Source of the DNA: Ignicoccus pacificus DSM 13166
GTDB lineage: Archaea; Thermoproteota; Thermoprotei_A; Sulfolobales; Ignicoccaceae
Assembly (NCBI GenBank): GCA_025340205.1
Contig: CP006868.1
Location: 570,001-602,000, forward strand
Length of the DNA: 32,000 nucleotides
Direction: 5' to 3'
This document shows positions 16,404-23,989 of this stretch, in pieces. Every line of letters starts with the position of its first letter. Positions within the stretch are counted from its first letter, which is position 1. Under the pieces are notes generated by a model that was not told the origin of the DNA, made no database searches, and saw only the letters and a program-made list of their open reading frames with translations. The translations under genes and the position numbers were made by a program.

Positions 16404-17430
16404 TGAAGGTATAGACCGAGAGTATCAAGGATATGCTGGCCAGTATCAGTATCAACGTCCTCGTCTCCACGAACTTCTTACCCTTGTGTATTAATATCGT
16501 GAGCAATATTACAGGAGTAGAATATATCAAGGCGTAGAGGGCAAGTACTGGTAGCCTGAGCTCTGGGGGTAAGCTCGAGATCATGCCCATAGCGCTTAGG
16601 TACGCTCCGACGACGCATGGCGACATGGAGATCGTGCTAGCAGCAGCTCCCACCAAGAACACTGAACTCTTCTTCAACACAGCCCTGCTCAGCTTCTGAG
16701 CCGCGAAGCTGGCCGCTTTCTTGAGCTTCTCAGTAGGCTTTAAAGAGGCGACTATCATAAAGCTGGCTGCTCCCATACCTATTACTGAGTATATCTTAGA
16801 GGCTCCCAAGGTGCTCAACACTCCTCCCAACGCCATGTGAGCGCCAGTATAGGCCACTAGGAAGGCTAAGGCCTCCTTGTAGCACCTCTTCCTCACATTT
16901 ACACATAATATCATTAGGAGCCCATATATGGAGAGGCCTACTGGATTTAGTGAGTCCGTTAGGGCAGCGATGATTATCGGAACTATCTTGGGCGGAGGGG
17001 CCTTAGAGGTAACGTTTGAAGTGATTATGTCGACCAACTGATTGCCATAGTATACCTTGACGCCTTTGCTACTACAGTTCATTACGTTCAACCAGAACTT
17101 CGTATCCAATACTGCCCCTTCCACCACCGCTACCAACTTAGATTTACAGTAAACTAAGGTTATCGGTACTCCCGGGATTAAGCCTGCTTCTTCTAAGTAC
17201 TTCGTCGCCACATTGAGGAGTTTCGTGTGATTCAAGTCAACGGGTATCCACACGAGCGTGAAGTTGTACTGAGAGGAGAGGTTTCCGAGGAAGGCCTTCA
17301 AGTGAAGGCAAGGAGGGCCGTTGTGTATCCCGAGCAAGTAGAGAGTGAAGTTGGAGTAGGACGTCATGTTCAGCATTATTATCGGTATCGATAAGCCTAC
17401 TACCGTAGCGTTGGAACACGCTATAGGCAC
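16393..17430 (-). CDS. Membrane protein: sequon-rich thioredoxin-like N-domain fused to a CcdA/DsbD-like transmembrane domain
   Basis: The N-terminal ~150 aa carry many N-x-S/T sequons and a GPPC motif in place of CxxC. The C-terminal ~190 aa have 6 hydrophobic helices with LTDSLNPVGL (normally NPC) and MSPCVVGAYL (PC motif retained). Confidence 0.5.
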   Translation of the reverse strand: MPIACSNATVVGLSIPIIMLNMTSYSNFTLYLLGIHNGPPCLHLKAFLGNLSSQYNFTLVWIPVDLNHTKLLNVATKYLEEAGLIPGVPITLVYCKSKLVAVVEGAVLDTKFWLNVMNCSSKGVKVYYGNQLVDIITSNVTSKAPPPKIVPIIIAALTDSLNPVGLSIYGLLMILCVNVRKRCYKEALAFLVAYTGAHMALGGVLSTLGASKIYSVIGMGAASFMIVASLKPTEKLKKAASFAAQKLSRAVLKKSSVFLVGAAASTISMSPCVVGAYLSAMGMISSLPPELRLPVLALYALIYSTPVILLTILIHKGKKFVETRTLILILASISLILSVYTFITS

Positions 17431-17434
17431 TATC

Positions 17435-17953
17435 TCACACCACTCTGTTGCGCCTTCTGTGGAGGGCTAAAATGTAATTGACCGGCCAGACGAAGGCGTG
17501 GAGGTCCCAGAGCAAGACTATGAGGAAGCTCGTGACCAGAGATATGTGGAGCGCCAAGTTAAGGAGGGTGAATTCGCTTCTCAGCGCAATTCCGGAGAGA
17601 CAACAGAGGAACGCCATCAAGCCCCTAGCGCTTCTAGTCACTATAGTGTAAAGAGCGGAGGCTAGCAAGCTAAGCCATGCTAAGGTCGTCGGAGCGTCAG
17701 TACCAAAGTACCTAGCTGATGCCAACATCCATGAATTCAAGTGTGTTATTGTGCTAAACACTGCATATATGAGGAATGCAGAGTATATCAGCTTGAGCTT
17801 TTTGTTCCTTATGAATGGTATTATTAATAGAGGCAACACGTAATACCACCTAGAGAGCACCACGCTCCAGTTCACGACAGAGGACAAGTGCCACAGCATG
17901 AACGTTATCAGTAACACGTGGAACGCTATCGCTACTTCTCTTTCCCCTAACAA
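17435..17953 (-). CDS. Multi-pass membrane protein, unknown family
   Basis: 172-aa ORF with about 5 hydrophobic helices, ending 4 nt upstream of the CcdA-like gene on the same strand. Confidence 0.5.
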   Translation of the reverse strand: MLGEREVAIAFHVLLITFMLWHLSSVVNWSVVLSRWYYVLPLLIIPFIRNKKLKLIYSAFLIYAVFSTITHLNSWMLASARYFGTDAPTTLAWLSLLASALYTIVTRSARGLMAFLCCLSGIALRSEFTLLNLALHISLVTSFLIVLLWDLHAFVWPVNYILALHRRRNRVV

Positions 17954-18022
17954 CGCTCGCTCCCCGGTACGGTATTCCGAAGGATAAATAGCAATAGTTT
18001 TGGTAGGTTACTGGGAGCCGAA

Positions 18023-18691
18023 TTGGCAGACGAGCATGTCTATACATTGAGAATAGGGTTCGTGCGGACCAGCGACGGCAGCGGTTGCGGAAACGCCAAG
18101 GAGGTGTGGCCGGTAATCCGTAATATAGGGATGTCCCCCTATGGTTTCATATACGTAAAGCACAACAAGGACTTCACCATCTCGCTTCTTGTCGACGTGG
18201 GAAGCGAACTTTACTACGGAATTCTAGAGGTCTATACCGAACTCCCAGAGCCTAGACCTAGAAGAGGACCATCCTTCATTTCAGCGGTCGCTGCCGAAGC
18301 GGCTAGGCTAGTGGTTGACATGTACAACAACATGAAGACCGAAGGCAGCGGAGAGAGGATCGTGCTAAGCTACGAAAACATGAAAGCCGACTTGAAGAAC
18401 ATGTGTAAGGTTACCGATAAGAAGAAGGCACCCTCTGCAATAAGGCTGAGCGAGATAAGAAGCGGGGTGGAGGCGATCTGTTCCTCCCCTATTTACGTGA
18501 GCTTGGAGGACGTGTTATCGGACTTACCGATGTTGGCAGCTGGAGCGGTAAGGGGAGTATCAAAGGCATTGAGACCGATATGCTACACCGACCCGCTGGT
18601 CGTGGTCATAGCCGAGAGCAGCCTAGGAACCACCATAGTTACGTCCGGTATGGAAGAGGCAAACATATCAGAGGAAATGTTCATGGCTTAG
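18023..18691 (+). CDS. Hypothetical soluble protein
   Basis: 222-aa ORF. TTG start is preceded by GGGAG, with a TATA-like gataaatag at 17983-17991. It ends 12 nt before the coiled-coil gene. No family recognised. Confidence 0.55.
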   Translation: MADEHVYTLRIGFVRTSDGSGCGNAKEVWPVIRNIGMSPYGFIYVKHNKDFTISLLVDVGSELYYGILEVYTELPEPRPRRGPSFISAVAAEAARLVVDMYNNMKTEGSGERIVLSYENMKADLKNMCKVTDKKKAPSAIRLSEIRSGVEAICSSPIYVSLEDVLSDLPMLAAGAVRGVSKALRPICYTDPLVVVIAESSLGTTIVTSGMEEANISEEMFMA

Positions 18692-18703
18692 GGGTGCTGA
18701 GCA

Positions 18704-20284
18704 GTGATCAGCGAGGATACTGTACTGAAAGTGATCATGGAAGACGCCGGCTGCGAGAGGATGGACAAAGAGTGCTTGGAGAACATCCTAGAGCTGGTGA
18801 AGGAGGGAAAGTATCCAAGGTTGAGTACCGAAGAGCTAAGGGAGTTAGACGAAGGCTTGGCGAACTTAGTCAGCAAGGTGGGACTAAGAGACAGAGAGCT
18901 AGCGGAAAAGGCCACGAACCTAGGAATGGAAAAAACCGCCCAAGCGTTACAGTTTGGGCTACTGGAGGAAGAGGAGGAGAAGGAGGAGGCTCCGGGTGAG
19001 ATACCCATGGCTAGGAAAAAAGCTCCACCTAGAGAAACTCACGTTTCATATCAGCCCATGACCCAGAGGGCTGAGGTAATGCATCCCGTTACCCAAATCA
19101 AGATTAAGCAGAGTAAGGCACCTCTGGTACTCTCGATAATTGCTATTCTGTTATCCCTGGGCACGCTTGCCGTAATGATGGGTTACTTGACCCTTCCTGG
19201 AGTTAAGGTCCCGAGCGTTAAGACCATAGAGCAGATGAGTACCAAGATCAACAGTTTGGAAGCCATGGTTAAGAACTTGGACAACAGACTCTTGAGCAAC
19301 GTAGCAACCATAAATAGGAAACTAAACAAGCTTAATGCAAAAATTGACGCTATCCAAGCCAACGTCACGAAGTTGAACGCCTATGTGAACGCGCAGCTGA
19401 ACTTGCTAAACGAGAGGCTGGACAACCTGCAAATGAACTTAGCTAGGACTAGGAGTATAGCTATAAACAACAAGGCAGAGATAGAGACGCTCTCGGAGAA
19501 GATAGTTAACTTGAAGACCACGATGCAAGAGGAAATAAAGAGCTTGAGAAAGCAGCTAACCAGCATGATAAGCGAGTACCAAGCTAACGTAACCGCCAAG
19601 CTCGAACAGCTCAACAAGGAGTACGAAGCTTTGAATGAGGAACTCTTAACACTAAAGAAGGAACTCAACAGCTACGCTACAAAGGACGACGTAAAGAGCT
19701 TGGAGAGTAAGGTAGAACAGCTAAACGCTACCGTCTCAAAGATAAGGCTTACCTTAGCCAAGCTAGTGGCGCTCAACACTACTGTACAAGTGCTCGAGGA
19801 TCAGCTATCGAAGATGAGTGCCGAGATATACGCCCTCAAGACTCAAGTCGAGAAGATAGCTCAACTAGAGAATGAGCTGAACAAACTCAACGAAGAGCTC
19901 ACCATGCTGAACGCACAAGTTAGGGCGAACATGACCGAGATAAACTTGAAGGTCAAAGAATACCTGAATGAGGTGAACGCTAAGATAGAGGAGCTAAACG
20001 CTCAGCTGGCCATGCTAAAGAAGGATCTAAAGAGGTTGGACGAACAAGTGAAGGAGTTACCTCAGCTGGTCAACATGCAGATAGAAAAGGCGCTCAACAA
20101 CGAACAAGTGATCAACTCATTGGCCCATAAGCTACTTACTAAGGCGAAGCTCGACAAGATGGTGGCAAAGATGTTGCTGAGCAACGGTACGGCATTCTAT
20201 GACCTGGTTAAGAGGATAGCAGAGGAGGTGTACATCAACTTCACGGTGAATCCGCAGACCAACTTAGTGCAAGTTAACGGCTAG
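18704..20284 (+). CDS. Bitopic membrane protein with long extracellular coiled coil
   Basis: GTG start. The ~150-aa N-terminal region includes an acidic run EEEEEKEE. It has a single TM helix, APLVLSIIAILLSLGTLAVMMGYL. About 350 aa of heptad-like L/N/K/E-rich sequence follow, with several N-x-T sequons (NVT, NAT, NTT, NMT, NGT, NFT). Confidence 0.75.
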   Translation: MISEDTVLKVIMEDAGCERMDKECLENILELVKEGKYPRLSTEELRELDEGLANLVSKVGLRDRELAEKATNLGMEKTAQALQFGLLEEEEEKEEAPGEIPMARKKAPPRETHVSYQPMTQRAEVMHPVTQIKIKQSKAPLVLSIIAILLSLGTLAVMMGYLTLPGVKVPSVKTIEQMSTKINSLEAMVKNLDNRLLSNVATINRKLNKLNAKIDAIQANVTKLNAYVNAQLNLLNERLDNLQMNLARTRSIAINNKAEIETLSEKIVNLKTTMQEEIKSLRKQLTSMISEYQANVTAKLEQLNKEYEALNEELLTLKKELNSYATKDDVKSLESKVEQLNATVSKIRLTLAKLVALNTTVQVLEDQLSKMSAEIYALKTQVEKIAQLENELNKLNEELTMLNAQVRANMTEINLKVKEYLNEVNAKIEELNAQLAMLKKDLKRLDEQVKELPQLVNMQIEKALNNEQVINSLAHKLLTKAKLDKMVAKMLLSNGTAFYDLVKRIAEEVYINFTVNPQTNLVQVNG

Positions 20285-20351
20285 CGGACTCAGCGACCGT
20301 GGGAGCAATCATCTATTCAGTGCCCTATCGGGTCTTCATCGTCCGAATAGC

Positions 20352-20366
20352 TTTTTTATTATTTTG
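20352..20366 (+). promoter_or_regulatory. T/A-rich TATA-like box for fbp (may also act as poly-T terminator for the upstream gene)
   Basis: ttttttattattttg is centred about 23 nt upstream of GTG 20381, which is consistent with a leaderless or near-leaderless archaeal transcript. Confidence 0.4.
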
Positions 20367-20380
20367 CGAGCCTAACTGCG

Positions 20381-21559
20381 GTGCGCGTCTTGAGTGAGAA
20401 GACCACCATTAGTGTAATAAAGGCGGATATAGGTTCTTTGGCCGGCCACCACACCGTCCACCCGGACTGCATGGCTGCCGCTTCTAGAGTTCTAGCCGAA
20501 GGCAAGAGGGACGGAGTGATCAACGACTTCTACGTAACCCACGTAGGAGATGACCTAGTCCTAATCATGACTCATCGCAAGGGCGTAGACAACCCCGACG
20601 TTCACGGCCTTGCTTGGAAGGCCTTCAAGGAGGCCGCCAACGTGGCCAAGGAGCTAGGCCTCTATGCCGCTGGTCAAGACCTCCTAACCGACGCCTTCTC
20701 TGGCAACGTGAGGGGTCTGGGCCCCGCCGCTGCTGAGATGGAGATCGTGGAGAGGCCCAGCGAGCCCATAGTGATCTTCGCTGCCGACAAGACCGAGCCC
20801 GGCGCCTACAACTTGCCCTTGTTCAAGATATTCGCCGACCCCTTCAACACCGCTGGACTAGTAATTGACCCCAGGCTCCACATGGGTTTCACCTTCGAGG
20901 TCGTCGACGTATTCGAGGACAAGGGTGTTCACCTAAACACCCCCGAGGAGATGTACGACCTCCTCGCTCTCATCGGAACTCCTTCTAGGTACGTAATCAG
21001 GAGGGTCTTCCGCAAGGACGACGGCAGGATAGCTGCTGTAGTCGCTGTGGAGAGGCTCAACTTAATCGCTGGTAAGTACGTGGGCAAGGACGACCCCGTA
21101 ATGATAGTTAGAGCTCAGAGCGGCTTCCCCGCTGTGGGAGAGGTCCTAGAGCCCTTCGCCTTCCCCCACTTGGTCGCCGGATGGATGAGGGGCTCCCACC
21201 ACGGTCCTCTAATGCCCGTCCCCGTGAGAGATGCCAGACCCACCAGGTTCGACGGTCCGCCTAGGGTCATAGCCCTAGGATTCCAAGTAAAGAACGCCAA
21301 GCTCATCGGACCCAGCGATCTGTTCGATGACCCTGCCTTCGACAAGGCTAGACAGCTGGCTAATGACATAACCGACTACATGAGGAGGCACGGACCCTTC
21401 ATGCCTCACAGGCTAGATCCCAGTGAGATGGAATACACCACCCTACCTCAAGTGCTGGAGAAGCTCAAGGACAGGTTCAAGCCTGTTAAGGACCTACCCG
21501 AGCCCAAGATAAAGCACACCGAGATGCTAAGCGGTCCTGAGGAGGAGGTCCACGACTAA
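20381..21559 (+). CDS. fbp: Fructose-1,6-bisphosphate aldolase/phosphatase (class V FBPase)
   Basis: Typical length of about 390 aa. The N-terminus ISVIKADIGSLAGHHTVHP and the rest of the sequence match the archaeal bifunctional FBP aldolase/phosphatase family as I recall it. Confidence 0.9.
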   Translation: MRVLSEKTTISVIKADIGSLAGHHTVHPDCMAAASRVLAEGKRDGVINDFYVTHVGDDLVLIMTHRKGVDNPDVHGLAWKAFKEAANVAKELGLYAAGQDLLTDAFSGNVRGLGPAAAEMEIVERPSEPIVIFAADKTEPGAYNLPLFKIFADPFNTAGLVIDPRLHMGFTFEVVDVFEDKGVHLNTPEEMYDLLALIGTPSRYVIRRVFRKDDGRIAAVVAVERLNLIAGKYVGKDDPVMIVRAQSGFPAVGEVLEPFAFPHLVAGWMRGSHHGPLMPVPVRDARPTRFDGPPRVIALGFQVKNAKLIGPSDLFDDPAFDKARQLANDITDYMRRHGPFMPHRLDPSEMEYTTLPQVLEKLKDRFKPVKDLPEPKIKHTEMLSGPEEEVHD

Positions 21560-21578
21560 CGACATTCATCTTCGAGCT

Positions 21579-21584
21579 TTTTTC
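21579..21584 (+). terminator. Poly-T terminator after fbp
   Basis: A TTTTTT run lies 20 nt after the fbp stop (gagcttttttctc). Confidence 0.45.
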
Positions 21585-21715
21585 TCAAACCTCCTACACG
21601 TTATTCTGTTACTTTTGAGAACTTGGTCCCGATTATTCGAAAGCTTGAAAGCTCCTAACCTACGAGTCGAAAGCTAAAGTAGGAGTTTTCCCTTACCTTC
21701 TCTTGAGGATGCCCT

Positions 21716-22138
21716 ATGAGGAAGGGACAGATAGAGCTTTACGTGGCAATAGGTCTTGGCCTCTTACTACTCTTGGGATTAGCCTACTACTTCATGTACG
21801 TGAGACCCTCGGCCGGAGGGGTGCCTTACGCCACTCCTCTGCAAAAGGAGCTAGGGGGATGTGTTAATCAAACTGTAGACTTGAAGGTAAAGCTTGTTAA
21901 CCCGACATCCAAGACAGTGAAATTCGAGATAGATACCCTAGACAACATGCTTGTAACGGAAAAGGCCAGTAGCAAGGTAATAGAGGTTCCTCCGGGGTCA
22001 TCAAAGGTCATGGACGTCTACGTCACCTTCAAGAAGCCGGGTCACTACTTCGTTGTTCTCATCATAACTTGGCAGTCTGGAGCCAAGAGCAACGTAATTT
22101 ACCTAAACGTACCAGCTTACGTTACTCAGTGCGGCTAA
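21716..22138 (+). CDS. Type IV pilin-like (class III signal peptide) small secreted protein
   Basis: The N-terminus MRKG|QIELYVAIGLGLLLLLGLAYYF fits the archaeal prepilin peptidase pattern: short basic leader, [KR]G, cleavage, then a hydrophobic helix. Compare DUF361 RGQxSxE. The remainder looks like a beta-sandwich with terminal Cys residues. Confidence 0.5.
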   Translation: MRKGQIELYVAIGLGLLLLLGLAYYFMYVRPSAGGVPYATPLQKELGGCVNQTVDLKVKLVNPTSKTVKFEIDTLDNMLVTEKASSKVIEVPPGSSKVMDVYVTFKKPGHYFVVLIITWQSGAKSNVIYLNVPAYVTQCG

Positions 22139-22225
22139 CCGAACCTCAAGCTTTTTGCTCCCACAATCCTCCCTCTCCTGGATCGAACGTTGAAGGGCAT
22201 AATAGAGGAGCATAAAGATTTGGTC

Positions 22226-22819
22226 ATGAAAACTTTACTAATCACACCCAGCGGTGCCTTAAGTCCCGGCTTGCTGAGCGCTTCCGCAGTGGCAGCTGGG
22301 GCGTCCCTGGGCGTGCTCGGGGGGCTCTTGGTCGCTTTAGGGCACACTCTCTTTGAGCTCCCCTACGTTTTCGTCTTGAGCACCATGATGGGAAGGATAA
22401 AAAGGATTGCAGAGAAGTACGGGAAAGTGCTAAATGCCATAGTAATTGCCTTCGCCTTGTTCTTCGCTTGGGGGCTGATAGAAGGGGGAGGAAGCGCTAG
22501 CGTGAGCGTGAGCGACGCCCTAGCGGCTGGCTTCATCTTCACTGCTTCAAACGCGTACTTCCTACTCTGGTGGGCCACCGTAGGCTTTCCGTTAGTCGAG
22601 GAAATCGCTGGGTCCCCTAGGAGGTTCGCCGTGATGTACACCTCGCACGTCTGGATGGATTACGTCTGGTTAGCCCTGTTAGCCGCCGTAGGCGGAGCCT
22701 CGAGGCTGTTGGGTCCTTATTACAGCCTCTTCAACTATGCCCTAGCTGCGATGCTAGTAATCTTCGCCCTAGACATAGCCCTCAGGACGTATCTCAACAA
22801 GAAGTTGCTCCCCTACTGA
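22226..22819 (+). CDS. Multi-pass membrane protein, possibly LysE/RhtB-type exporter
   Basis: About 6 hydrophobic helices. ATG 22226 is preferred because the first 12 codons of the ORF from 22190 are hydrophilic. The family call is weak. Confidence 0.4.
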   Translation: MKTLLITPSGALSPGLLSASAVAAGASLGVLGGLLVALGHTLFELPYVFVLSTMMGRIKRIAEKYGKVLNAIVIAFALFFAWGLIEGGGSASVSVSDALAAGFIFTASNAYFLLWWATVGFPLVEEIAGSPRRFAVMYTSHVWMDYVWLALLAAVGGASRLLGPYYSLFNYALAAMLVIFALDIALRTYLNKKLLPY

Positions 22820-22947
22820 TCCATCATTCCTAAACTCATTTAGAGTATAGAATGTTACGGTAGTGCTCATTCCTTATATTTTAACTTGACCCCTAGATCA
22901 GTTCCCATCTTTTAAGCGTACATTAGCCATGCCTAACGGTTGATATC

Positions 22948-23931
22948 ATGCTGAGGTTAGGAGCGCCCGCTAGGAGGCCGAGGGGAGGCTCCTTCGACGT
23001 GGTCATCATTGGAGCGGGTCCCGCGGGACTGACCGCTGGAATGTACGCCTCTAGGCTCGGCTTGAAGACAGTAATCTTGGAAAAGGCAATGAAGCCCGGA
23101 GGGAGGACCGCCAACGCCCCCATAGTGGAGGACTACCCCGGAATAGAGAAAATCGGAGGAGAGGAGTTGGTAGATAGGTTCGTCAAACAAGCTCAGAAGT
23201 TCGGAGCCCAAATAGTCTACGGAGAGGAAGTCGTGGACGCTGACTTCTCCGGAGATGTAAAGATCGTTAAGACGAAGAAGGGCAACGAGTACAAAGGATT
23301 GGCGGTAATCATCGCCACCGGTCTGTCTTCTAAAGGATTGGGCATACCGGGCGAAAAGGAGTACTTCGGAAAGGGAGTGAGTTACTGCGTGGTCTGTGAC
23401 GCTCCCTTCTTCAAGGGACAGCCGATGGCTCTAATAGGCAACGACGATCACGCTATGGAGGAAGCTGTGTATATGACCTCTATAGCCAGCAAGGTATACA
23501 TAATTCCTCATGCTGATAAGATAGAGGCCTCCGAGAGCTACATGAACATATTGAGAAACTCTCCTAATGTCGAGATACTGGAAGGGGCTAGGCTAGTGAA
23601 GATAGAAGGTGACGGACAGAAGGTCACTAAGATAGTGGTGAGGCTTCCCGATGGTACTGAGAGGGAAATCCCGGTAAGGGCGGTCTTCATCTCCGCCGGA
23701 GAGGTACCAACTACTGAGATCTTCAAGAAAGCTGGCGTGGAGGTCGATAAGGCCGGATTCGTAAAGGTTGATCCTAAGATGCACACGAACGTTCCGGGGG
23801 TCTATGCAGCTGGTGACGTCACCGGAATAGGGTTTCAGATAGTTATTGCAGCTGGTCACGGAGCTACCGCCGCCTTGGAGGCCTCTAAGCACGTGAAGAG
23901 GCTTAAGAGGGTAAAGAAGATCCAAATATAA
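22948..23931 (+). CDS. trxB: Thioredoxin reductase-like FAD/NAD(P) oxidoreductase
   Basis: FDVVIIGAGPAGLTAG (FAD fold), redox-active CVVC, a second nucleotide fold MALIGNDDHAMEEA, and the C-terminal VYAAGDVTG. Confidence 0.8.
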   Translation: MLRLGAPARRPRGGSFDVVIIGAGPAGLTAGMYASRLGLKTVILEKAMKPGGRTANAPIVEDYPGIEKIGGEELVDRFVKQAQKFGAQIVYGEEVVDADFSGDVKIVKTKKGNEYKGLAVIIATGLSSKGLGIPGEKEYFGKGVSYCVVCDAPFFKGQPMALIGNDDHAMEEAVYMTSIASKVYIIPHADKIEASESYMNILRNSPNVEILEGARLVKIEGDGQKVTKIVVRLPDGTEREIPVRAVFISAGEVPTTEIFKKAGVEVDKAGFVKVDPKMHTNVPGVYAAGDVTGIGFQIVIAAGHGATAALEASKHVKRLKRVKKIQI

Positions 23932-23989
23932 TTTCTTCTCTCGGCATGGTTATTTAGACTCCCCCTCTACTGCCACCGGTCGTACGATC

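Noticed and set aside
18580-19008. 139-aa (+) and 106-aa (-) ORFs spanning the junction of the 222-aa and coiled-coil genes
   Set aside because: Their composition is Arg/Gly- or Ser-rich low complexity. They overlap two better-supported genes, and the acidic GAG/GAA repeat at about 18960-18990 creates open alternative frames.
22957-23925. Antisense ORFs (84, 82 and 110 aa) within trxB
   Set aside because: They are shadow frames of a gene with clear FAD/NAD(P) and CxxC motifs, and they have no independent support.
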